From Elusimicrobiota bacterium (GTDB lineage: Bacteria > Elusimicrobiota > UBA8919): a stretch of DNA of 64,000 bases. Position numbers and translations under genes: made by a program. How positions within the stretch are numbered: position 1 is the stretch's first letter; every line of letters begins with the position of its first letter. The stretch covers positions 20 to 64,019 of the forward strand of contig DMMW01000084.1 in the NCBI GenBank assembly GCA_003452965.1, in the 5' to 3' direction. Below the pieces are notes generated by a model, which did not search any database, was not told where the DNA came from, and worked only from the letters and a program-made list of their open reading frames with translations. This document shows positions 10,088 to 20,172 of the stretch, in pieces.

Positions 10088-11530
10088 GTGATTATTATAT
10101 TCGCAGTGCATATTAAGAACAAGCTATTAAATATAACATTAAAGACCAATATTGCAACTTCAATGGACCATATCGTAGAAACGTTCGGTTATATGATAAT
10201 GAAAGAAGATATAATGTCGGGATTAAACAAGATGCATGAATATGCCAAGAATATTGTTATTGCTCCTGAAACGGAATATATTATTTTTTATGATAAAAAT
10301 GATGATTTTATCACATATAGCGGACGAATAAACTACACAAAAGTCGCTTTAAGAACCGACAATATCTTAAAGTTAAAAAGCGATATATATAATGTACATA
10401 GAGAAATAAAAGGAAAGGAAGGCTTAAAGATAGGTTCTATAAATGTTGGTTTTAACATACGTATTTTTAACGAAATAATAAAGAGCAATTTGACGACCGG
10501 GATAATAATATATTCAGTGTCTTCTTTCATTATAGTAATTATTTTTTATTTTTTACTGAACATTTTTCTTAAACCTTTAAAATCACTATATAATGCAGCA
10601 AGGTGCGTATCAAAAAAGAATTTCAATTGTTTTGTGCCTGTATCAAAAAAAGATGAATTAGGAGAGATATCCGAACAGTTTAATATTATGATAAGTGAAT
10701 TAAATAATTTCTATAATAATCTTGAAGAACAAGTTCAGAACGCCACGGATGATGTCAGAATGCTGAATGCAAAATTAATAGAACGCAGTATGGAATTGGA
10801 TAAAATAAATAAGCAACTAATAGAGCTGGATAAGAAAAAATCCAATTTTATTTCCATTGTTGCCCATGATTTAAGAACACCGCTTACTTCAATAATGGGA
10901 TATGCAGATACCCTTTTGAACAAAAAGTTAAAAATATCCGAACATAACAGAATTGAATATTTGAATATTATTCAAACAGAATCCCACCGACTTTCAAGGT
11001 TGATTTCTGATTTTCTTGACATTTCAAAAATGGAAACCGGAATAATAAAGTTATATAAAGAAGAAGTAGATATTGTGAAAATAACAAAGGAAACTATTGC
11101 CAATATAAATATGATTCTAAAAAGCAACAGTATTATACTTGAATCGGATAAAAACATCGGTTCAGTAGAAATAGACAAGGACAGGATAATTCAGGTTTTA
11201 CAGAATATAATATGGAATGCAATTAAGTTTTCTCCAAAAGGTTCAGTTATAAAGGTCAATATAAGTAATCATATTTACGGTATAAGAGTGGATGTCTTTG
11301 ATAAAGGACCAGGAATAGCTGACGAATTTAAAGAAAAAATATTTGAAAAATTTTTTACTATAGAAGATGATGTGGTGCGTAAAAAAACTGGCACCGGTCT
11401 GGGGTTATCAATAGCTCATACAATAGTAGAGTTGCACGGTGGTAAGATTTGGGTGGAAAATAATATATCTGGAGGCAGTTGTTTTTCGTTTTTAATTCCG
11501 CATAGGAATGAAGATAAACGGGTGAGTTAA
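10088..11530 (+). CDS. sensor histidine kinase
   Basis: H-box VAHDLRTPLTSIMGY, HATPase_c G-boxes (GTGLGLSIAHTIVELHGGKIWVEN), N-terminal TM and coiled-coil. Confidence 0.85.
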   Translation: MIIIFAVHIKNKLLNITLKTNIATSMDHIVETFGYMIMKEDIMSGLNKMHEYAKNIVIAPETEYIIFYDKNDDFITYSGRINYTKVALRTDNILKLKSDIYNVHREIKGKEGLKIGSINVGFNIRIFNEIIKSNLTTGIIIYSVSSFIIVIIFYFLLNIFLKPLKSLYNAARCVSKKNFNCFVPVSKKDELGEISEQFNIMISELNNFYNNLEEQVQNATDDVRMLNAKLIERSMELDKINKQLIELDKKKSNFISIVAHDLRTPLTSIMGYADTLLNKKLKISEHNRIEYLNIIQTESHRLSRLISDFLDISKMETGIIKLYKEEVDIVKITKETIANINMILKSNSIILESDKNIGSVEIDKDRIIQVLQNIIWNAIKFSPKGSVIKVNISNHIYGIRVDVFDKGPGIADEFKEKIFEKFFTIEDDVVRKKTGTGLGLSIAHTIVELHGGKIWVENNISGGSCFSFLIPHRNEDKRVS

Positions 11531-11613
11531 TCCGCGTTTATTAAATTCTGCGGGTGTAAGCTCACAGTTCTTCAATATTCAAGGCAACAGTAAGAATGTA
11601 ATTGGATTAACAT

Positions 11614-11985
11614 ATGTTAAAAAAAGTGTTAATTGTTGAAGATGAGATAAATATCTCAAATCTGCTTAAGGTAAATTTTTTAAGTTCCGGTTTTGAGGTT
11701 GAGGCTGCATATGACGGTGAAGAAGCATTAATAAAAATGGATGAGTTTAATCCCGATGTTTTAATCCTTGATATCGGGATACCAAAAATAAACGGCTGGG
11801 AAATATGTGGAAGAGTAAAAAAGAATCCAAAATATAAAAATGTGTTGATTGTATTTCTGACTGCATATACGCAGAAATCCGATATTGAAAGGGCTTTTGC
11901 GCTTGGTGCAAACATATTCTTTTCAAAACCTTTTGACATACAGGTAATGACAAAAAGAATTGAAGAATCAATCAAGGAACATTAA
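11614..11985 (+). CDS. single-domain response regulator (CheY-like receiver)
   Basis: VLIVEDE, phospho-acceptor region LDIGIP, and a conserved K near FSKPF. Confidence 0.8.
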   Translation: MLKKVLIVEDEINISNLLKVNFLSSGFEVEAAYDGEEALIKMDEFNPDVLILDIGIPKINGWEICGRVKKNPKYKNVLIVFLTAYTQKSDIERAFALGANIFFSKPFDIQVMTKRIEESIKEH

Positions 11986-11999
11986 ACGGAGGTGGAATT

Positions 12000-12401
12000 A
12001 TGAACAAGAAAAAAATACTGATTGCTGATGATGATCCGAATATTTTACAGTTGCTTAATGTGAATCTTAGAAGTGATAAATATGACGTGATTAGTTGCAT
12101 CAACGGGGAAACCGCCTTAGAAAAGATTAAAGAGGAAAGGCCGGATTTAGTAATCCTTGATATAATGATGCCGAGAATAGACGGCTATACATTAGATTTA
12201 GAGCTTAAAGATGAATCTGAGACAAAAGATATACCGGTTATTATTATAACCGGTATGAGTGATACTAAAAGATTATTTGATAATACCGAATCTGCAAGAT
12301 TTATCGCTTGGTTTGAGAAACCATTGGAAATAAATAAATTAGTTGATTGTGTGAATGGATATTTCCATGGTTCAAAAAAATCACAAAAAGGAAAGAAATA
12401 G
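12000..12401 (+). CDS. single-domain response regulator (receiver)
   Basis: ILIADDD, LDIMMP and KP motifs. Confidence 0.8.
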   Translation: MNKKKILIADDDPNILQLLNVNLRSDKYDVISCINGETALEKIKEERPDLVILDIMMPRIDGYTLDLELKDESETKDIPVIIITGMSDTKRLFDNTESARFIAWFEKPLEINKLVDCVNGYFHGSKKSQKGKK

Positions 12402-12404
12402 TAT

Positions 12405-13097
12405 ATGAATAATTTAAATAATCTGATAAATCATACTATAAAATATATTCATCAGTTGAAAGCGGAAGATATGGAGCATGTAATAAAATCAGAGTATAAA
12501 GATAAAATTGAACAGGAACTTGGAAAATTATATGAAGTTGTAAAAAATTGTAAAAAATGTCCGCTTTCTAATTCAAGAAAAAACACCGTATTCGGTGAGG
12601 GTAATCAAAAAGCAAAACTTATGTTTGTTGGTGAGGGACCGGGTTTTGATGAGGATCGTCTTGGTAGACCTTTTGTCGGCAAGGCAGGTAAATTATTGGA
12701 TGATATAATAACCGTCCCAAAGGCTTTAGGTTTAAAAAGAGCGGATGTATATATAGCCAACATAGTTAAGTGTCATCCGATGATAGATCCGTCCCGGCCT
12801 GATAAAAGGGGTAATGATAGAAAGCCGAGTAGAGAAGAGGCATCTGCTTGTTTACCTTATCTTGAAAAACAAATTGAACTAATAAAACCAAAAGTTATTT
12901 GTGCACTTGGCAGTTTTTCTGCAGTAATTTTGACCGGTTTGGATATGCCGATAGGTAAACTTAGAGGCAAATTTTACGATTATAAAGGTATAAAAGTAAT
13001 ACCTACATATCATCCCGCTGCACTTTTACGGAATCCTGGTTGGAAAGTTGATACATGGGAAGACATTAAGAAAATAAAAAAAGAACTGTCATTATAA
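12405..13097 (+). CDS. uracil-DNA glycosylase, family 4
   Basis: GEGPGFDEDRLGRPFVGKAGKLL motif plus a 4Fe-4S cysteine pattern. Confidence 0.85.
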   Translation: MNNLNNLINHTIKYIHQLKAEDMEHVIKSEYKDKIEQELGKLYEVVKNCKKCPLSNSRKNTVFGEGNQKAKLMFVGEGPGFDEDRLGRPFVGKAGKLLDDIITVPKALGLKRADVYIANIVKCHPMIDPSRPDKRGNDRKPSREEASACLPYLEKQIELIKPKVICALGSFSAVILTGLDMPIGKLRGKFYDYKGIKVIPTYHPAALLRNPGWKVDTWEDIKKIKKELSL

Positions 13098-13125
13098 AAC
13101 TTGCCGATTAAAAAAACAATCTAAT

Positions 13126-15060
13126 ATGATTTTAGAAGTGGCGTTACCATTAAATATAAATAGAAATTTTGATTATTTGTCGGATTTTGAGGTGAAAACC
13201 GGCTGTCGTATTATAGTGCCTTTTAACAATAGGAAAATTACCGGGTTTGTAGTTGCAATAAAGAAAAAATCGGATTTGCATCTTAAAAAAATATATAAAG
13301 TTATAGATAGTGAACCTATAATTACGGATGATATTATTAGCCTTGCGTATTGGATTTCCAAGTATTATTTATGCCCGCTTGGTTCCGCTTTGAACCTTAT
13401 TTTGCCAAAAAATGTGAGAATTTCAAAAAAAGTAACCGGACATTTAAACAAACATATAAAAACAATATCCCTGGTAACGCTTACCGATGAGCAAAAAAAT
13501 GCAACTGAAAGGATTGTTGATTCTATTAAAAACCGCAGGCAGGCAAATTTCCTTCTATACGGAATAAATGATTCAGGCAAGACGGAGATTTATATTAAGG
13601 CTATTGAACAATGTATTAATCAGGGCGGTTCAGCTATTTATCTTGTTCCTGATGTTTCGTTAACAAATCAATTCGAAGAATTGTTATACGACCGTTTCGG
13701 CGATAAATTAGGTCTGTGGCACAGTAATTTAAGCCAGAGAGATAAAAGCATTTTTTTTGCAAAATTGAAGCTCGGGATTATTAAAGTTGTTTTAGGCACT
13801 CGTTCAGCTATATTTTTGCCTGTAAGAAATCCGAATCTTTTTATTCTGGATGAAGAAGACGACGAATTCTATAAAAATATTCAAGCGCCGAGATATCATG
13901 CACGAGATATTGCCATAAAAAGGGCGGAAATAGTGAACGGTGTAGTAGTCTTTGGTTCAGCAACTCCGTCAATTGAAACATATAATAAAGTGAAGCATAA
14001 AACCATAGAGATTCTAAAGTTGTCGGAACGGATAGAAAGAAGACCTCTTCCGAAAGTTACGGTAATAAACCTTAAATATACAAAAAGGTTTGCGATATCA
14101 AAACCTTTGCAATTTGCAATCCAATCTGCAATATTAAATAAAAAGCAGATTTTTTTATTTATTAACAGACGCGGTTGGGCAACATCCGTTAAATGTTCTA
14201 ATTGCGAGCAAGTTATAAAATGCCCGAAATGTTTGATACCGTTGATTGCCCATAAGAATCAATCAGTTCTTTTATGCCATTATTGCGGTTATAAGCAGAC
14301 TTTTATCAAAAATTGCCCGGATTGTAACGGTAGTATTATTTATTCGGGTTATGGTACGGAAAAGGTTGAAGAAATAGTAAGGAAATTATTTCCTAATACT
14401 AAAATTATTAGAATGGATTCAGATACAAAAGACACACATTTAAAAATATTCCAGACAATGAAATCAGGATATCCCTGTATTTTAATAGGAACCCAGATAG
14501 CTGCAAAAGGATTTGATTTTTCCAACATAACGTTGGTAGGTGTAATAAATGCCAATTCCGGTTTATATTCGGCTGATTTTCGCGCTGCGGAACGCACATT
14601 TTCTATTTTGACGCATTCCATAGGCCGATGCGGAAGGGGGTCGTCTGAAAGCCAGGTAATTATTCAAGCTGATGAACCGGAACATTATGCTATAAAGCAT
14701 GCTGCCGAGTATGATTATGAGAAATTTTTTAATCATGAACTTGAATTTAGAAAAGAATTTTTATGGCCCCCATATAAAAAATTAATAAATATAACAATCT
14801 TGGGAAAAAAAGAAAAAGATATTATTATTGAATCCGAAAGCATAGTATCGTATCTAAAAGATGAGAAAGATTTAGTTATATTGGGACCGGTACCAAAAAT
14901 TGTTCCTTTTCTCGCAGGTAAGCACAGATGGCAGATTCTGCTGAAAGTGAATGAAAATGATTTTAACGAAATAGCATTAAAACTAATGAGAATCATGGAA
15001 GCATATCCTAAGAAAGGCGTGAATATGGTTCTTGATGTAGATCCAATAGAAACGGTATAA
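13126..15060 (+). CDS. priA: primosomal protein N' (replication restart helicase PriA)
   Basis: 3'BD N-terminus, Walker A GINDSGKT, DEED box (FILDEEDD), Cys-rich zinc-binding insert CxxC x4. Confidence 0.9.
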   Translation: MILEVALPLNINRNFDYLSDFEVKTGCRIIVPFNNRKITGFVVAIKKKSDLHLKKIYKVIDSEPIITDDIISLAYWISKYYLCPLGSALNLILPKNVRISKKVTGHLNKHIKTISLVTLTDEQKNATERIVDSIKNRRQANFLLYGINDSGKTEIYIKAIEQCINQGGSAIYLVPDVSLTNQFEELLYDRFGDKLGLWHSNLSQRDKSIFFAKLKLGIIKVVLGTRSAIFLPVRNPNLFILDEEDDEFYKNIQAPRYHARDIAIKRAEIVNGVVVFGSATPSIETYNKVKHKTIEILKLSERIERRPLPKVTVINLKYTKRFAISKPLQFAIQSAILNKKQIFLFINRRGWATSVKCSNCEQVIKCPKCLIPLIAHKNQSVLLCHYCGYKQTFIKNCPDCNGSIIYSGYGTEKVEEIVRKLFPNTKIIRMDSDTKDTHLKIFQTMKSGYPCILIGTQIAAKGFDFSNITLVGVINANSGLYSADFRAAERTFSILTHSIGRCGRGSSESQVIIQADEPEHYAIKHAAEYDYEKFFNHELEFRKEFLWPPYKKLINITILGKKEKDIIIESESIVSYLKDEKDLVILGPVPKIVPFLAGKHRWQILLKVNENDFNEIALKLMRIMEAYPKKGVNMVLDVDPIETV

Positions 15061-15152
15061 AATATTCTACCTAAAGAGAATAATAAAAGCATTCAAAACT
15101 ATTTTTGATGGAATATGATTTAACAACGAGCTTTAATCTGTACAATCAGTGA

Positions 15153-16223
15153 TTGTTACAGCAATCATATAGTAATATTATGTTAAGTGAATTAGATAAA
15201 ATAACAAATACTGACTTTTTAAATGCCGATTGCAATAAGACAAAAGCAAAACCGCCGAAAATATTAATAATAGATGACGATTCTTCAGTTGTTGAATTGC
15301 TAAAAATTAATCTTGAGAGTTCCGGTTATCAGGTCAATTATATATATGACGGTAAAACAGCATTGGAAATAATAGAAAAGGAAAAATATGACTTAATAAT
15401 TTTAGATATAATGCTTCCGGAAGTAAACGGATATAGGATATGTCAGTATTTAAGAAGGAAAAGGACAAACTTTTTTACTCCTATAATTATATTGTCGGCA
15501 AAGGATAAGTTGTTTGATAAAATGAAGGGATTAAGGTTGGGTGCCGACGATTATATTTCTAAGCCTTTTGATGTTCAAGAATTGGTAATTAAAGTTGATG
15601 CAATCTTGAAGAGGACAATGCATATTCTATCCGCCAATCCATTGACATATTTGCCCGGAAATGCCAGTATCGTACAAGAAGTAAACAGCAGACTGAATAA
15701 CGATGAAAAGTTTGCATTTGCGTATATTGATATAAATAATTTTAAGGCATATAATGATAGATACGGATTTAATAAAGGAGACAGGGTTATTAAATATGTT
15801 GCGGACAGTCTTAGAAGAATTGTGAGATATAATGAATTTATAGGACACATTGGCGGCGATGATTTTGTCCTGATTAGTAAACCGGAATATGCCGAGACAA
15901 ATTGTCGAAAAATAATTGAATTATTTGACAACGTAGTTGAAAAGTTTTACAGCTTAGAAGATGCAAAAAAAGGTTGCATAGTAGAAAAAAACAGACTTGG
16001 CAAGAAACAAAAATTCAAACTAATGTCTTTGTCAATCGGTATTGTTACGAATGAAAATATTAATGTTAGACATTATGGAGAGATTGTGGAATTAGCTACA
16101 GAGACAAAAATGTTCGCAAAATTGGATGGTAAGGGTAGAAAAAGCTGTTACATTTTCAATAGGAGAAAAAATATTAAAGATTTGGAATATGCAAAACAAC
16201 AAACAAAAAATATTAGTAGTTGA
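15153..16223 (+). CDS. response regulator with GGDEF-family domain (variant GGDDF signature)
   Basis: REC domain (ILIIDDD...LDIMLP) fused to a GGDEF-like domain: LTYLPGN, NNFKAYNDRYGFNKGD, HIGGDDF. Confidence 0.8.
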   Translation: MLQQSYSNIMLSELDKITNTDFLNADCNKTKAKPPKILIIDDDSSVVELLKINLESSGYQVNYIYDGKTALEIIEKEKYDLIILDIMLPEVNGYRICQYLRRKRTNFFTPIIILSAKDKLFDKMKGLRLGADDYISKPFDVQELVIKVDAILKRTMHILSANPLTYLPGNASIVQEVNSRLNNDEKFAFAYIDINNFKAYNDRYGFNKGDRVIKYVADSLRRIVRYNEFIGHIGGDDFVLISKPEYAETNCRKIIELFDNVVEKFYSLEDAKKGCIVEKNRLGKKQKFKLMSLSIGIVTNENINVRHYGEIVELATETKMFAKLDGKGRKSCYIFNRRKNIKDLEYAKQQTKNISS

Positions 16224-16953
16224 TGATGATAAAAGCATTTTAAAACTGCTTGAAATAAACCTGAAAATGGAAGGATACGGGGTGTTTACTGCCATGGACG
16301 GGTTGGAAGGTATAGAGAAATTTAGAAAAAATAAACCTGATTTAATTATTGTAGATTTAAAAATGCCTGTTATGGATGGTTACCATTTTTGCTGGAACGT
16401 ATTATATGAAGACGGTTTGTATGTATCTCCAACACCAAAAATCATTATACTTTCAGCAAGAGATGAAAAATTGGATAAGGGAATCTCAAAAAAAATAGGA
16501 GTAAGCGAGTATATAGCTAAACCGTTTGAAATGGAGACGGTTATAAATAAAGTAAAAAGTCTATTGGAGAGTGAAACTATGGAGAATAAGAAAAAAATTA
16601 TTATTATTGATGATGATCCTAATATTGCTGAATTAATAATGGCGAATCTACCTTCGGATAAATATGAATATATCACAGCTTTTGACGGTATTGAGGGTTC
16701 AAAAATAATTGAAACTAAGAAACCGGACCTAATTATATTGGATTTGCTTATGCCGGGAAAGACTGGATATGAAGTCTGTTCGGATATAAAAACAAATCCT
16801 GCTACCCAAAAGATACCGGTAATTTTGCTTACGAAAAAACGCGAGCATAAAGATCGTTACATCGGCACCGTTTTTCTTAAGGCAGATGAATATATTCCCA
16901 AACCTTTCGTTATGGATGAACTGCTGAAAAAAATAGAAAAATTAATAGGATAG
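16189..16953 (+). CDS. tandem double-receiver (REC-REC) response regulator
   Basis: Two CheY-like domains (ILVVDDD...VDLKMP and IIIIDDD...LDLLMP); start chosen at the internal ATG after the upstream stop region, track ORF begins at 16126. Confidence 0.7.
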   Translation: MQNNKQKILVVDDDKSILKLLEINLKMEGYGVFTAMDGLEGIEKFRKNKPDLIIVDLKMPVMDGYHFCWNVLYEDGLYVSPTPKIIILSARDEKLDKGISKKIGVSEYIAKPFEMETVINKVKSLLESETMENKKKIIIIDDDPNIAELIMANLPSDKYEYITAFDGIEGSKIIETKKPDLIILDLLMPGKTGYEVCSDIKTNPATQKIPVILLTKKREHKDRYIGTVFLKADEYIPKPFVMDELLKKIEKLIG

Positions 16954-17012
16954 AGAGGTAACTTAAGATTGCAGATTTTAAGATTGAAACATTTCTTAAA
17001 ACTAATTATTTA

Positions 17013-17040
17013 TTGACATTAATTAGCAATAAAGTATAAT
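17013..17040 (+). promoter_or_regulatory. sigma70-like promoter for the def-fmt operon (TTGACA, 16-bp spacer, TATAAT)
   Basis: TTGACA at 17013-17018 and TATAAT at 17035-17040, just upstream of the def start. Confidence 0.5.
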
Positions 17041-17047
17041 TTGATTT

Positions 17048-17542
17048 ATGGCAATAATGCAAATTAAAAAATATCCAGAAGAAATACTCAGAAAAAAAAC
17101 CGATGAAATAACAAAAATTAACGGGGATATACTTAAATTGGCTAAAGATATGCTTGAGACAATGTATTTTTTCAGCGGGGTGGGTTTGGCGGCTAACCAG
17201 GTTGGCATATCAAAAAGTATTTTTGTGTCGGACATTAAGCCTGAAGGAAAAAAAAATCCGATAATAGTCATAAATCCCAGAATTACATCTTCAAAAGGTG
17301 GTGTTTATTCAGAGGAAGGTTGTTTATCGCTTCCCGGAATAGCGGCGGAAGTCAAACGCTCTAAAACAATAAGATTGCTCGGACTTAATACGGCAGGCAA
17401 AGAGATAGATCTTGAAGTTGAGGGATTGTTGGCTAGGATATTCCAACATGAAATAGACCATCTTAACGGCAACGTATTTATTGACAGAATCAATCCGTTG
17501 AAGAGGTGGAGACTTAAGCGTGAATATTTTAAGAAAAAATGA
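17048..17542 (+). CDS. def: peptide deformylase
   Basis: GVGLAANQVG, EGCLSLPG and HEIDHLNG motifs. Confidence 0.92.
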   Translation: MAIMQIKKYPEEILRKKTDEITKINGDILKLAKDMLETMYFFSGVGLAANQVGISKSIFVSDIKPEGKKNPIIVINPRITSSKGGVYSEEGCLSLPGIAAEVKRSKTIRLLGLNTAGKEIDLEVEGLLARIFQHEIDHLNGNVFIDRINPLKRWRLKREYFKKK

Positions 17543-18492
17543 AAACGATTTTTTTTGGTACTCCCGAATATGTAAATCCGTTATTGGATTATTTAATAGA
17601 TAATGAAAATATTATCGCAGTGGTCACGAGATGTGATAAACCTGCAAAAAGACACCTCCAGTCGTTACCATCCGAAGTGAAACAGAACGCCATAAAAAAA
17701 CTGATTAGGGTATTTAGTGTTGAAAAAATTGATGATGCGGTTTTTATTTCAAACTTGTCCGCAATTAAACCGGATGTCGGTATAGTAGCGGCATTTGGAA
17801 AAATATTACCCAAAAAAGTGCTGGATATATTTTCTATCGGTTGTGTGAACCTTCATTTTTCGCTACTCCCGAAATATCGTGGTGCAGCCCCGATTCAGCG
17901 GGCGTTAATTGATGGAGAAACCGAAACTGGAGTTACCAGCTTTTGGATGAACGAGGGAATGGATACAGGCAGAATAATATTTCAGAAAAAAATTAACATA
18001 GATAAAAATGACGACACAAATACTCTTAGGGAAAAGCTTATTCCGGTTGCATTGGATGTTTTACGAGAGACTGTTGTAAAGATAAAGGAAAATTACAAAG
18101 GTGAAGAACAAGTCGGGAATCCGAGTTTTGCACCGCAGCTGAAAAAAGAAGACGGCAAGATAGACGTAGAAAAAACTGCAGAAACAATATTTAATTTGAT
18201 TCGTGGGACTAAACCTTGGCCGGGGGCATTTATCACAATTCACAATTCACAATTCACAATTCAAAACTTAAGAATACTTGATGCACAAATTATTCAGGAA
18301 CCGAATTATCCCTGTTCAGATTTGCTTCCTATCGGTTCCGTTGTAGCTTTGCATAAAAACATCGGTTTTGTATTAAAATGTGGGAAAGGTTATTTATTAA
18401 TCAAGTCCGTTCACCCCCCGTCAAAAAATGTTATGTCTGCATGGTCTTTTTTACAAGGACACAATCTTAAAATCGGCGATAAATTAGATTGA
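17539..18492 (+). CDS. fmt: methionyl-tRNA formyltransferase
   Basis: Formyl-transferase N-domain (HFSLLPKYRGAAPIQ) and C-terminal domain; contains a CACAATT x4 microsatellite at 18234-18261. Confidence 0.9.
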   Translation: MKTIFFGTPEYVNPLLDYLIDNENIIAVVTRCDKPAKRHLQSLPSEVKQNAIKKLIRVFSVEKIDDAVFISNLSAIKPDVGIVAAFGKILPKKVLDIFSIGCVNLHFSLLPKYRGAAPIQRALIDGETETGVTSFWMNEGMDTGRIIFQKKINIDKNDDTNTLREKLIPVALDVLRETVVKIKENYKGEEQVGNPSFAPQLKKEDGKIDVEKTAETIFNLIRGTKPWPGAFITIHNSQFTIQNLRILDAQIIQEPNYPCSDLLPIGSVVALHKNIGFVLKCGKGYLLIKSVHPPSKNVMSAWSFLQGHNLKIGDKLD

Positions 18493-18532
18493 CAAATAAA
18501 AATAATTATATATAATAATTAAGTTATTCAGG

Positions 18533-19408
18533 ATGAGTTTTATGAATGGTATAAAGACATTTTTATTAATGTTCTCCATGTTGTTACTTTTTATATTTAT
18601 AGGCAATGCAATAGGCGGCCAACAAGGTATGGTAATTGCTTTTATGTTTGCTGCTATTATGAATTTTGTGATGTACTGGTTTTCGGATAAAATCGTGCTT
18701 GCTATGTATGGAGCAAAACCCGTATCGGAAAAAGAAGCGTCCGATATTTATAAAGTTGTTAGAAATTTAACGGTAAAAGCGAAAATTCCTATGCCCAAGA
18801 TATATATTTTGCCAATGGAAATCCCCAATGCTTTTGCCACCGGCAGAAATCCACATCATGCCGCTGTTGCAGTAACTAAAGGTATATTAAACATCTTAGA
18901 TGCCAATGAACTTGAAGGAGTTATAGCACATGAACTTTCGCACATATCCCATAGGGATATTTTAATTGCAACGATTGCAGCAACTATGGCAGGCGCCATT
19001 TCGATGCTGGCAAGGATGGCACAATTTGCCGCTATATTCGGCGGAGGTTCAAGGGATGATAATAATAGGGGTGGCGGTATCGGACTTTTAGCTATGGCAA
19101 TTATTGCGCCGATTGCAGCTCTTTTGATACAGCTGGCTATTTCCAGATCAAGGGAGTATAGTGCGGATGAAGCCGGAGCTAAACTTACAAATAAACCATT
19201 ATCCCTTGCAACGGCGCTCCAAAAACTGGAGAGTTATTCTAAAAAAATACCCAATAAGGTTGAACCGTCTACGGCGCATATGTTTATTGTTAACCCGTTA
19301 AGGGGAGAATCGTTAATGAAGTTGTTTTCAACACATCCGTCTATAAATGAACGTATTAAAAGATTAGAAAAAATGGCAGAAATGAAAGTTCCAACTGTCA
19401 TATATTAA
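18533..19408 (+). CDS. htpX: zinc metalloprotease HtpX
   Basis: [10 protein letters not shown] HExxH motif, 4 TM segments. Confidence 0.9.
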   Translation: MSFMNGIKTFLLMFSMLLLFIFIGNAIGGQQGMVIAFMFAAIMNFVMYWFSDKIVLAMYGAKPVSEKEASDIYKVVRNLTVKAKIPMPKIYILPMEIPNAFATGRNPHHAAVAVTKGILNILDANELEGVIAHELSHISHRDILIATIAATMAGAISMLARMAQFAAIFGGGSRDDNNRGGGIGLLAMAIIAPIAALLIQLAISRSREYSADEAGAKLTNKPLSLATALQKLESYSKKIPNKVEPSTAHMFIVNPLRGESLMKLFSTHPSINERIKRLEKMAEMKVPTVIY

Positions 19409-19425
19409 GTTTATATTTTTGTGTA

Positions 19426-20172
19426 ATGGTATTGAGAAAAGAAGTGAAGAAAGCGATACAATGGACTTTATTTTTTTTAATAATAGCAATTATTTTTTTT
19501 ACCGGATTAAATCGTTTAATTGATGCTTTAATTCATAGTAAAAAAGATCAGATTGTACCGAATATTATCGGTAAAAATATTGTAGATGCTTTAGACACGT
19601 TATCCTCTTTGAATCTATATTTAAAAAAAACCGGTGAAGTTTTTAATTCAGAACTGCAAGCAGGTTTAGTAATTTCTCAAACTCCGGTGTCGGGCAGTAT
19701 AGTTAAGGAAGGCAGAGCTATTAAAGTAATAGTTTCTGCAGGCGGGGAAGTTATATTTGTGCCGGACCTGACAAATCAGACTGTTCGTTCAGCCCAGTTA
19801 ATTTTAAGGAAGAATAGTCTGGATTTGGGTGAACAGGAAGAAAGATATTCCAATAATATAGCGAAAGGAAATATAATGTCGCAGAATCCGATGCCAAGAA
19901 CCTCTGCAAGAAAGGACGGATTGGTTAATATAATAGTTTCTCACGGACCGCCACCACCGGGCACAATTTTAATGCCGGATTTTAAAGGAAAAAGTTTTTT
20001 TGAAGCTCAAGAGTGGTGCAATAATAATGATATTATCATTCAAAATATAGATATGGTCAATGATCCGACTTTAGAACAGAATTCTATAATTAAACATGTG
20101 CCTGGCACGGATATGGTTATAAGTACAGGGCAACCGGTCAGATTCTGGATAGCGACAAGGCAAGAACAATGA
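19426..20172 (+). CDS. PASTA-domain membrane protein (three PASTA repeats)
   Basis: N-terminal TM followed by three PASTA-like modules of about 65 aa. Confidence 0.65.
   Translation: MVLRKEVKKAIQWTLFFLIIAIIFFTGLNRLIDALIHSKKDQIVPNIIGKNIVDALDTLSSLNLYLKKTGEVFNSELQAGLVISQTPVSGSIVKEGRAIKVIVSAGGEVIFVPDLTNQTVRSAQLILRKNSLDLGEQEERYSNNIAKGNIMSQNPMPRTSARKDGLVNIIVSHGPPPPGTILMPDFKGKSFFEAQEWCNNNDIIIQNIDMVNDPTLEQNSIIKHVPGTDMVISTGQPVRFWIATRQEQ

Noticed and set aside
16126-16188. Upstream extension of the REC-REC gene overlapping the GGDDF gene by about 100 bp
   Set aside because: The internal ATG at 16189 gives a canonical receiver N-terminus (KILVVDDD) and removes most of the overlap. The extension appears to be a GTG-start artefact of the ORF track.
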